Shown here piece after piece: positions 53,130 through 64,000 of a stretch of DNA of 64,000 nt (the stretch's first letter is position 1; each line of letters starts with the position of its first letter). The notes beneath the pieces were generated by a model. The model was not told the origin of the DNA and made no database searches. It saw only the letters and a list, made by a program, of their open reading frames with translations. The position numbers and the translations under genes are program-made. This stretch comes from Antedon mediterranea (taxonomy: Eukaryota; Animalia; Echinodermata). Where the stretch lies: contig NC_092670.1 in NCBI RefSeq assembly GCF_964355755.1, positions 28,322,388-28,386,387 of the forward strand, read 5' to 3'.

Positions 53130-56100
53130 CACAGCTGTTCCAGAAATATGAATTAAGTGCAGCGCCCCCAACGTTTCATAGCGTTTTATGGAGTAGCGAT
53201 TCCGAAAACATATTGTATACAAACCACATGAGGAACCCGGAAGCAATCAAGCATAAAACGACTGTTTTTTAATAGCCAATAAAAACAAATAAAGACCGCG
53301 AAAGTCAGAAAAATAATGAATATTCATTAGAACAACCCTGGATGAAGGTGAAAAACATGTTGTCGTTGTTTTATCACGTGGATTTTAAGAGGTAATGTAA
53401 TTGAAAATTGTACACCCAACGCCAGTTTTTTTCTCAAGTGATACATTTAAAAAGTAGGTATAAATGTTGTTTTCCATATCAGTTTAAAAATAATTTTTTC
53501 TGTTGAATTCTTTGATTTAGTTGGATACTTTAGTTATCCTTGAATGTTTTAACAAGGATCGTATTCATATTGCCTGGCTGGATTTTTTCCTACGCTAGCT
53601 TATAATAGGCTATGCCCAGGCCCCATTGCGTGGTTAAAACCAGCTGTGTAAGACTAATGGCTGTTTATTTTTAACACGTAAACATGTATATTCGGGGGGC
53701 CTCAGTGACAGTTGACCTGTTATAAAGCTGATTAATTACTTGTTCCTGGTCCTAATTAAAAATTAGGCCTAGCCTAGGCCTAAAGCTTTTTTAATAATCA
53801 TTCATATTGGGATAGAGGAGTACAGAGTAGGCCAGGCTACAGGCCTAGCTAGGCCTATATTATATATAGGCTAGGCTATCTCATCTCATCAGCAGGTTAA
53901 AGGCTAGCAGCCTACCTAGCATGTCTTAGTCAAAGATCTGTAATATATTAATAGAAAGAAGCTATATAGTACTGTGACATTAGATATTTAATCATAAATG
54001 CATATTTCTTTCATATTTGTATTGTATATTTATTATTTTGATATGCAATGAATCACAATCTAAATCAGTAAATAACATAAATTTTCGTTATCAATAAATA
54101 ATTATTAATATATAAACCAAATTAAAATAAAATAACTGTTTATTTTTAACATGTAAACATGTCTATTCGGGGGGCCTAAATGACAGTTGACCTGTTATAA
54201 AGCTGATTAATTACTTGTTCCTGGTCCTAATTAAAAATTAGGCCTAGCCTAGGCCTAAGCTTTTTTAATAATCATTCATATTGGGAGAGAGGAGTACAGA
54301 GTAGGTCAGGTTACATGCCTAGCTAGGCCTATACTATATATAGGCTAGGCTACATCATCAGCAGGTTAAAGGCTAGCAGCCTACCTAGCATGTCTTAGTC
54401 AAAGATCTGTAATATATTAATAGAAAGAAGCTATAGAGTACTGTGACATTAGATATTTAATTATAAATGCATATTTCTTTCATATTTGTATTGTATATGC
54501 AATCACAATCTAAATCAGTAAATAACATCAATTTCCGTTATCAATCAATAATATATATAAACCAAATTAAAATAAAATAACTTCCAAAAAATTAAATTAA
54601 ATTACAATTCATATACCATTTGTTAAATATTTACAAAATCATTGTTCTAGCAATAACACAAAAAAATACTACCATTCATATGGTATACTGTACATATAAT
54701 ATGCAATACTATAACAATTAACTGAGAAATAGCAAACTATTCCTCAACTTTTCTGCACTTAGTTACCGGCCTAGTTACTTCATGCTGGATCTCAGGTGAA
54801 ATAAACGTCAGATGTGACTTCATGATTTCCCACAAAACTCTTTCCATGGTACTGCTGTCGAGGAATTTATTTTTTCTAAATACCTCGACCATTTTTGTAC
54901 ATAGAGTTCCAGTTTCAAATCTCTTGGTTCATAGTAGTTCGCTATATAAAATATATAAAAGAAATATGGCATTCATTTTTATAGTATTGCATGTTTTAGA
55001 CATAATTTTAAAGGTATATAATGTAGGACTGACCAAGTCTTTGACCTCTTGTTCTTTTAGATTTATTATGTGGCCAGTCTCTGCAATCTTACTATGCTGT
55101 TTTGTCACAAGTGACACTGAGAGTTCATTTCTTAAATGCTCAAGATTCTCTTCTAAAGACTGGATTTTATTCATTGTACTTTGTAGCATGTCGATGTGCT
55201 GCAGCTTCTGATTTTCTCTTTCTCCTAGATGATCACCTGAGATTAAACAATATTGGTCAACCAAATAAATGTCAATCTGCATAAAAAATGAGCATCAACA
55301 TTATTATATTTTCAAAATGTTAACAACTATTTCTTGTAGCAGATAATGATAATATATGGATAATTCATAGGAAAATAAGTTCCAGCCAAAGGTTTGCTTT
55401 ATTATGCATAAAAATAGGATAAACAATTTTGAAATTCTATGCTCAAATGGACAATGTATATTTAAAGAGCAACTTGACCAATTGAGTTATTATGTAATGT
55501 CAATGTAAAGTTGAAACAACATTTGAATTTACCAGTCAAGATGTCAGCATCCTGTCGCATGTTGAATATTATAACATATTGACACCTGGAAAAATAGTTG
55601 ATTGAGGAAATATTTAATAAAGAAAAGAGGTATATTTATAAATTACTGTAACAATTGTTTGTTTCGACAGTTATTTTATACTAACATTGTTCTTTAATAT
55701 GAAGTACAAACACACATTTCATTGTTTGGAGTGTGTATTAAACTTTCTAAAGAGGTGGTTATGATTATTTACCTACCCTGTTTAATTCAATGTCTACCAG
55801 GTATGGCCTAACAACACTGTGCGATATTATTTTGCTTCTTTTTTTTTCACTGCCATGGTCTACAAAAAACTTGTAGTCATGATTGTAGGCCTTGAGATGT
55901 CTACAGGCTTGAGGAACATTGTTGGTTCTGATGTCATCTTGATTACAAAAACAATAGATGCAACTGTACTTTCCTTTAAAAATAAATCAATTTTTTAATC
56001 TACAGTACTTCAGTTTTGTGTCCAAACAAATCCAAACAAGAGAGCTAATAGTCAAAATATTAAAACATTATTATACAAATGTATTACTATTAAGGCCTAG

Positions 56101-56897
56101 CCTAGGCTGTGACTGTCACTCAGTCACACCAGCTAGCCTAAAAATGCACCAGGAAAGCAATAATTATTATTATAAACACATGCCATTAATTTTTTGGTAA
56201 CAGTTATAATGATTAAATTTAGGATTAGGGTAATTAAAGGTTTAACTATTACGAATTTTCTATGTTTCGGCCTAGCTTTATTCTAGGCCCACATTACCGT
56301 CACGGTCATCGCGGGCGTCAACGCACTTTCTAAGCCTATCGCCAAACCGTTTTCTCGCCGACAACAATAACAATGTATAAAGGGGTTGCAAAATATGCGA
56401 GTTTTACTAAAAACTGAACCAGGCTATATTAACAAAACTAGTATTATTTTGTTTATATAATAATGATGGACTATATTCTAGTTCGTTCTTTTTCTAAAAA
56501 AATTAATTATATCCACAAAAAAAGTAAAGAATACAATGATATTTTCTACTTACGATTGTTTACCATTTCTTTACACAGTTTATCTTGACTTCCTGGTTTA
56601 TGTGCTGGAGATTATTTCAGTAAATTGGACAATATCGTGGTTTATTTATTAATTTATAGTAAAGAAACAATAAAATATTTATTTTTTAATTGAACATACA
56701 CTTTTTTTAATCATTTAGTTTTGTATAAAATGTTTTACTACATAAAAACTCACGATAGCGAAATTTAATTTGGCGTTCGCGAAATAATGGTTTGTAAACA
56801 AAAATTATATGTCCGCGCGACTCGGGAGAGCCTCGTCTGCTAACACTGAGGGCGCTTGACTTTTTCTGATATCTTAACACTAGTTGAAACAGCTGTG
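53130..56897. mobile_element. CAC...GTG TIR DNA transposon; copy B
   Basis: Same TIRs and CGCG flanks as 22616-26383. Confidence 0.9.
54737..56566 (-). pseudogene. Putative decayed multi-exon gene; copy B
   Basis: Same as 24223-26052. Confidence 0.5.
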
Positions 56898-58349
56898 CGC
56901 GAAATCCGTCATCTCGATTTCATATCTCAATTCACAACGGACATACGCCATGTGAGTGGAAAAGCTAATGCAGCAGCTGATGCATTGTCGCGAATCGAAC
57001 TTAATACTTTCAGTCACAACACAACTAACATTGTTGATTTTAGTCTTATTGCTGCTGCACAAAAGAATGACGATGAATTGCACAAGCTACTTGAATCACC
57101 GTCTTCACTACAATTTCAAAACTTTCCAATTCCAACTTCTGACTCTACAATTCTTTGTGATATTTCCAAAGGCAATCCACGTCCATATATCCCACAAGAA
57201 TTCAGACGCATAATATTTGACACTCTACATTCGCTATCACATCCTGGTATACGAGCAACACAACGTTTAATTACTGACCGTTTCGTATGGCCAGCAATCA
57301 ATCATGATGTACGACGATGGTCTCAAACATGCATTCAATGTCAACGTTCCAAAGTACACCGGCACACCGTTTCGCCACTCTCTACTTTTTCTACACCTGA
57401 CGCCCGTTTTGACCATGTACATATAGATATTGTTGGACCTCTCCCTCCGTCAAATGGTTTTTCTTATTTACTCACTTTTATCGATCGTTTTACTCGATGG
57501 CCCGAAGCCGTACCTATTCCGGATATCACAGCCGATACTGTCGCACACGCATTTGTCAATCGATGGATCGCTTCATTCGGAATACCTTCAACCATTACAA
57601 CAGATCGAGGAAGACAATTTGAATCTGCATTATTTCATTCACTCGCCAACTTACTAGGAACTAAGCACATTCATACAACTGCATACCATCCTATTGCGAA
57701 CGGACTTGTAGAACGTTTTCATCGACATTTGAAGGGTTCTCTCAAAGCACATAATGATCACACTAAATGGACAGAACATTTACCTATAGTACTTTTAGAC
57801 ATTCGTACAGCCCTTAAGGCTGATCTAGGTCATAGTGCTGCTGAACTTGTTTATGGCACTACTTTAAGATTACCTGGACAATTCTTTAATTCAAACTCTG
57901 AACATTGTGATTATTCTAATTATATTGATAGATTGCGTGATAATATGAGTAAACTACGTCCCACACCTACCCGCACCAACTCTAACCGTAAATCCTATAT
58001 CAATCAAGAAATATTTAATTGTACCCATGTTTTTGTGCGAAGGGACTCTGTTCGAAAACCCTTACAACGTCCATATGATGGTCCATTTAAGGTATTAAGT
58101 CGAACAGACAAACACTTTGTTCTCGATCTAAATGGTCGACAGGACACAGTCAGTATTGATCGCCTAAAGGTAGCTCATTTGGATACTGATATATTTAAAA
58201 GCCAAGAGCAAACCCTCACTCCCAAGCTACAAGCATCACCCCTAGTCAAACCAACCAACCCGTCACCCATTTTGGCAACCCCTCCCCGTACTACTCGTTC
58301 TGGTAGACATGTTCATTTCCCTCAACGTTTTGTCTCGTTCTATCATTAA
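56898..58349 (+). CDS. pol: pol C-terminus with complete integrase; copy B
   Basis: Identical translation to 26384-27835. Confidence 0.93.
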   Translation, partial: REIRHLDFISQFTTDIRHVSGKANAAADALSRIELNTFSHNTTNIVDFSLIAAAQKNDDELHKLLESPSSLQFQNFPIPTSDSTILCDISKGNPRPYIPQEFRRIIFDTLHSLSHPGIRATQRLITDRFVWPAINHDVRRWSQTCIQCQRSKVHRHTVSPLSTFSTPDARFDHVHIDIVGPLPPSNGFSYLLTFIDRFTRWPEAVPIPDITADTVAHAFVNRWIASFGIPSTITTDRGRQFESALFHSLANLLGTKHIHTTAYHPIANGLVERFHRHLKGSLKAHNDHTKWTEHLPIVLLDIRTALKADLGHSAAELVYGTTLRLPGQFFNSNSEHCDYSNYIDRLRDNMSKLRPTPTRTNSNRKSYINQEIFNCTHVFVRRDSVRKPLQRPYDGPFKVLSRTDKHFVLDLNGRQDTVSIDRLKVAHLDTDIFKSQEQTLTPKLQASPLVKPTNPSPILATPPRTTRSGRHVHFPQRFVSFYH

Positions 58350-58810
58350 TTCTTTCACTGGAAGGGGGCTCCTGTAGCAGACCTACCACATAGCTTTTAA
58401 ACAATTCAACATTTACTTTTAATTTGATTATTTATACATCCTCTATATATCTCTTTATTTAACCTCACATTGACAGGTTACCTTCCTGTTACCTTCACTT
58501 TTCTAGCTAATGGATTTTAAGAATGTTAATGACTCTAACAGAAAACCACATTAATTCTCTTAATCCTAATTGGTCAGATGAGATGGGCCAAGCCCAATAT
58601 TACCATGCACTGACCACATTATTAACACACTCTTTTCTCAACCAGCATCTTAGCTACACCGTTTATTGCTCTGTCTTATCAAATATTGTATATTGTATAT
58701 TTTATCTATTTATTGAGAATCCTCACTTGATTCACTTGGAATAAATTGCATAGTTTACTGTATACATTTAGTAGTTGTTTTGTTTTACCGTTGCGCCGAC
58801 AATTACTAAA

Positions 58811-59153
58811 GTGTAAAACGTCTCCAAATGCGATTTGAAGCTATTCTAAGCACTTTGGTGTTTTTATGTAAACAAGTTTTTTCGAAAATCACAAAATGGT
58901 GTAAAACGTCTCCAAATGCGATTTGAAGCTATTCTAAGCAATTTGGTGTTTTTATGTTAACAATTTTTTTCGAAAATCACAAATTGGTCTAAAACGTCTC
59001 CAAATGCGATTTGAAGCTATTTTAAGCACTTTGGTGTTTTTGTGTTAACAACTTTTTTAGAAAATCACAAAATGGTCTAAAACGTCTCCAAATGCGATTT
59101 GAAGCAATTCTAAGCACTTTGGTGTTTTTATGGTAACGAGTTTTTTTGAATAT
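58811..59153. repeat. 88-bp satellite spacer; copy B
   Basis: Same as 28297-28639. Confidence 0.97.
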
Positions 59154-62100
59154 TGTAATGTAACGATATACTTTTATATTTAAGAAATCGACCTTTGTAC
59201 CGGAATTCAAATAGGTTCACAAATTTGACCCAGAAAGTCCAGAGGAGAGTTTGTCCAGATGTTTTAATGACCATTTAGTTTATAATAGAATCCCTAAAGA
59301 AAACACTTAGCTTAACTTTGTGACTTTTCCCATCGTTAAACCAGGAGTGACTGACACTATTTAAGTACAGATTTGACAGTGTCATCCATCACAGAAATAC
59401 CTTATTATACCGTTAATCACTCCCACTTAAACACCCCTGGATCAACTTAGGACCAATCGTTACCCTCACAGATGATGTAATGACATTATGCAAATGAACT
59501 GAGCCAATATACTCCTAAGTTTCAGAAGGGCCAAGACACACCTTACAGCCATTTCACGGAGCACACACCTCACAGCCACTTCTTCAGAAGCAGACCTACA
59601 CACACTTCACACCTCACTGACAGCATCATTGATTGTCCGTTCCTTATCTATACTTATAGTTGTATATTGTACTGAAGTATTATACTGAATAAATAATATA
59701 TGTGTTACGACAGGCAAGCGAGTCAGAGTCTTCATTAGTACCTCAACAGCAACATTATATTACATGGTGGAAGACCCAAATTTCATAAGGAACGGAGTGA
59801 GAAAACAAGAAATAAACACTTAACAAGACAACAAGACGAAGACAAAGACAAAAATAACCATATTTGTTTGAAAGGAGAGAAATTTACTTTGACTCAAAAG
59901 ACAAGCTGAAATTATATTTGAATGAGATCGAGACAAGCAGAAATTTTATCAAATTATTACCATTGGATGAAGACAAAGAAGATAATCGAGGAAGACACAA
60001 AAGACAAGCTGAAATTATATTTGAATGAAATCGAGACAAGCAGAAATTTTATGAAATTATAACCATTGGATAAAGACAAAGAAGATAATCGAGGAAGACC
60101 CAAGAAGAATCAAAACAGAAGCAAGCGGACAAGAACTGTTTCGTTTAGAGACTTTCAACTTCACGCCGTTTTTTTTCGATCGTTTTTTTAACATTTACTT
60201 TTTTGAACATTGATGAACACCTTTCGCATTTTTTTGAATTCGTTGTTTGAAAATTTGAACATTGATGAGCACTTTAACATTTCTTTAATTCGTTGTTTGA
60301 ACATTTAGACATTTTTGAACACTTTTTGCATTCCTTTAATTCATTTTTAATTGGATCCGAAGCATTTGGGGTAAGTCAAAGCCATTTTGATTTTTGATTT
60401 GTAACCTTGATTGAAAAGTGAGAGTTTACATATATATACACTAAAATTGTTTTTTAAATTGTTAAAATAATTGTTGAATAAACCCGCCGATAATAATAAT
60501 GAGAAAATTAAGAACACCGTTAACGTAGTAAATGACGAAAACAATGTTTAATTTATCGACGAACATGATAGGACACCAACCCAATTGCAATCAGATACCC
60601 TTACACATCCAACTAAAGTAGAACCCCTTAACTTGCAACCTTACATTGACTGTGTAGAGAATAACATGGGATTAGCAGCCCCATTCCAAATGAAAGAAGA
60701 ACAAATTAAGGAACAAACTAATCTAATTATGACAGCACCTAATGATTCAAATATGACATTAAACCGAGGTAGATTTAAAGCAGGACATTTCCAAGTTTTA
60801 GTTTCGTATTCTAAACCGACTTCAGCCAAACGCAACACCGATAAAACAAAACACGAATCTAATGATCGCAAATTTTGGTGGAATATTGACAGATATAACG
60901 ATACAGAGAAATTGATTAAAGAGATCATTAATGATAAACAGATACCGATAAGTGGATCGCCAAAACGATTCATAAAACGTTTGTATAATGCAACAAGTTA
61001 CTGATTTAATTTTTTTTGCAAGGAATTTTTTTTAATTACGACATTTGCTAAATGATAGCATAGTCTACGTATTTTTGATGAGATTTGTTTAATAATGATG
61101 TGATTTCAGTTAAAAGAGAATTGAATTTATGTTTAAGTATTGATTTTGTAACGAGTTTTTTGATAAAGATTAATTTTGAATTTTGATGATCGATATATTG
61201 AGATATTGAAAAGCCCGACAATCATTTTGTAACAAATATTTTGTTTAACCTTTGAGTCGTTAATCTCAAGCATTAATTAATTGATATACAATAACAGGAG
61301 ATTTTCTTAGTACTTTTAATTGTAAATTTTTTGACATTGAGTACAAAAGTCGAATTTGTCGACCGATTGAAATCGTAATTACCTGTAAATATAAATGCTT
61401 AAATCGATAAAGTTGTGACGATAATGATATATTGTGGATAAGTTTGTGTCAACGGGACACACACATTTGTTTCTTTTAAAGTTTTAAGTGATTGAGTTTG
61501 ATATTTTGATTTAGGCTAATCAGCCACAGTTTCTTGAATTTTATGTTTTGATTTGATTGATTTATGTTTGAAGACCATTAGAACGCGATGAGTTGTCGCA
61601 CGATTTGATGTATGTTCAATGTAACATACTATTTTTAAGTTTTGTATTTTTATTTTCAACTGATTTATGTTTGATTTACGCGAATTTTATACCAAATTCA
61701 TTTTTAATTTCATTTTTTTTAAGAGAGAGAAGAGAGAGAGTGAAAGTGATAAGGTTACACTTCAGAGTCAATGGTTTTGGCTAACTCAATTTTGCTTATA
61801 TGTATAATAATGTTTTTTTCTTTTATATAACTTTAATTTTGCATGCCACTATTATAACCATTTTTATATTTTAAATAGATTTTTAAAAAAAAGGGAAACA
61901 GAGGGATGTAATATAACGATATACTTTTATATTTAAGAAATCGACCTTTGTATCGGAATTCAAATAGGTTCACAAACTTGACCCAGAAAGTCCAGAGGAG
62001 AGTTTGTCCAGATGTTTTAATGACCATTTAGTTTATAATAGAATCCCTAAAGAAAACACTTAGCTTAACTTTGTGACTTTTCCCATCGTTAAACCAGGAG

Positions 62101-62517
62101 TGACTGACACTATTTAAGTACAGATTTGACAGTGTCATCCATCACAGAAATACCTTATTATACCGTTAATCACTCCCACTTAAACACCCCTGGATCAACT
62201 TAGGACCAATCGTTACCCTCACAGATGATGTAATGCCATTATGCAAATGAACTGAGCCAATATACTCCCAAGTTTCAGAAGGGCCAAGACAAACCTTACA
62301 GCCATTTCACGGAGCACACACCTCACAGCCACTTCTTCAGAAGCAGACCTACACACACTTCACACCTCACTGACAGCATCATTGATTGTCCGTTCCTTAT
62401 CTATACTTATAGTTGTATATTGTACTGAAGTATTATACTGAATAAATAATATATGTGTTACGACAGTCAAGCGAGTCAGAGTCTTCATTAGTACCTCAAC
62501 AGCAACATTATATTACA
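59154..62517 (+). mobile_element. Non-autonomous LTR retrotransposon; copy B (LTRs 59154-59764 and 61907-62517)
   Basis: Same LTRs, ATAT TSD and flanks as 28640-32003. Confidence 0.93.
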
Positions 62518-64000
62518 ATATCACAAAATGGTCTAAAATGTCTCCAAATGCGATTTGAAGCTTTTCTAAGCACTTTGGTGTTTTTATGGTAACGAGTTAT
62601 TTCGAAAATCACAAAATGGTCTAAAACGTCTCCAAATGCGATTTGAAGCTATTCTGTACACTTTGCTGTTTTGTGTGAATAATTTTTGTCAAAATGCTCA
62701 AAATGGTCAAAAACGTTTTTAAATACTATATTAAGCTATTTTGTGCTCTTTGATGTTTTTGTGTGAAAAGTTTTATCGAAATGCTCAAAATGGTCTAAAA
62801 CGGTTTCTAATGTGATTTTAAGCACTTTGATGTTTTTATGTTAACAACTTTTTTAGAAAATTACAAAATGGTGTAAAACGTCTCCAAATGCGATTTGAAG
62901 CTATTCTAAGCAATTTGGTGTTTTTATGTTAACAAGTTTTTTCGAAAATCACAAAATGGTCTAAAACGTCTCCAAATGCGATTTGAAGCTATTCTAAGCA
63001 CTTTTGTGTTTTTATGTTAACAAGTTTTTTCGAAAATCACAAAATGGTATAAAACGTCTCCAAATGCGATTTGAAGCTATTCTGTACACTTTACTGTTTT
63101 TTGTGAATAATTTTTGTCGAAATGCTCAAAATGGTCAAAAACGTTTTTAAATACGATATTAAGCTATTTTGTGCTCTTTGATGTTTTTGTGTGAAAAGTT
63201 TTATCGAAATGCTCCAAATGTTCTAAAACGGTTTCTAATGTGATTTTAAGCACTTTGATGTTTTTATGTTAACGAATTTTTTCGAAAATCACAAAATGGT
63301 CTAAAATGTCTCCAAATGCGATTTCAAGCTATTCTTAGCACTTTGGTGTTTTTATGTTAACAAGTTTTTTCGAAAATCACAAAATGGTCTAAAACGTCTC
63401 CAAATGCGATTTTAAGCTATTCTAAGCAATTTGGTGTTTTTATGTTAACAAGTTTTTTCGAAAATCACAAAATGGTCTAAAACGTCTCCAAATGCGATTT
63501 GAAGCTTTTCTAAGCTTACTTTGGTGTTTTTATGTTTAGGAGTTTTTTCGAAAATCACAAAATGGTCTAAAACGTCTCCAAATTCGATTTGAAGCTATTC
63601 TAAGCACTTTGGTGTTTTTATGTTAACAACTTTTTTAGAAAATCACAAAATGGTCTAAAACGGTTTCTAATGTGATTTTAAGCACTTTGATGTTTTTATG
63701 TTAACAACTTTTTTAGAAAATCACAAAATGGTCTAAAACGTCTCCAAATGCGATTTGAAGCAATTCTAAGCACTTTGGTGTTTTTATGGTAACGAGTTTT
63801 TTTGAATATCACAAAATGGTCTAAAATGTCTCCAAATGCGATTTGAAGCTTTTCTAAGCACTTTGGTGTTTTTATGTTTACAAGTTTTTTTCGAAAATCA
63901 CAAAATGGTCTAAAACGGCTCCAAATGCGATTTGAAGCTATTCTAAGCACTTTGGTGTTTTTATGTTAACAAGTTTTTTCGAAAATCACAAAATGGTCTA
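62518..64000. repeat. 88-bp satellite array
   Basis: Same consensus; matches 32004-33486. Confidence 0.97.

Larger units (their letters stand above)
51901..58810 (+). mobile_element. Ty3/Gypsy LTR retrotransposon with nested DNA transposon; copy B (LTRs 51901-52333 and 58373-58810)
   Basis: Same structure, TSD and flanks as 21387-28296. Confidence 0.95.
36914..64000. repeat. Copy B of the >=27-kb duplication (runs off the window end)
   Basis: Near-identical to 6400-33486; differences seen at 42818, 44989, 54306 and 60500. Confidence 0.95.

Noticed and set aside
51901-62517. Independent second transposition of the LTR elements
   Set aside because: Identical TSDs, flanking satellite variants and inter-LTR differences show it arose by segmental duplication.

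Overview
Eukaryotic, AT-rich, probably metazoan heterochromatin (pericentromeric or centromeric by inference). About 68% of the window is a head-to-tail 88-bp satellite with variant monomers and nested higher-order repeats (about 1.3, 1.39, 1.9 and 4.75 kb). The array is interrupted by a transposon island that occurs twice, exactly 30,514 bp apart, within a near-identical duplication of at least 27 kb (6400-33486 vs 36914-64000; I found 4 SNPs by eye). Each island holds three elements. (1) A Ty3/Gypsy CsRn1-like LTR element with a 4-bp TSD GTGT, a tRNA-Trp PBS and TG...AA LTRs. It has lost its protease and RT but keeps an open integrase frame. (2) A 3768-bp CAC...GTG DNA transposon nested in that element's RNase H, with TSD CGCG, bipartite asymmetric ends and a decayed multi-exon gene. 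(3) A second, non-autonomous 3364-bp LTR element 343 bp further on, with 611-bp LTRs and TSD ATAT. No host genes, RNA genes or CRISPR arrays were recognised. All comparisons were made by eye.
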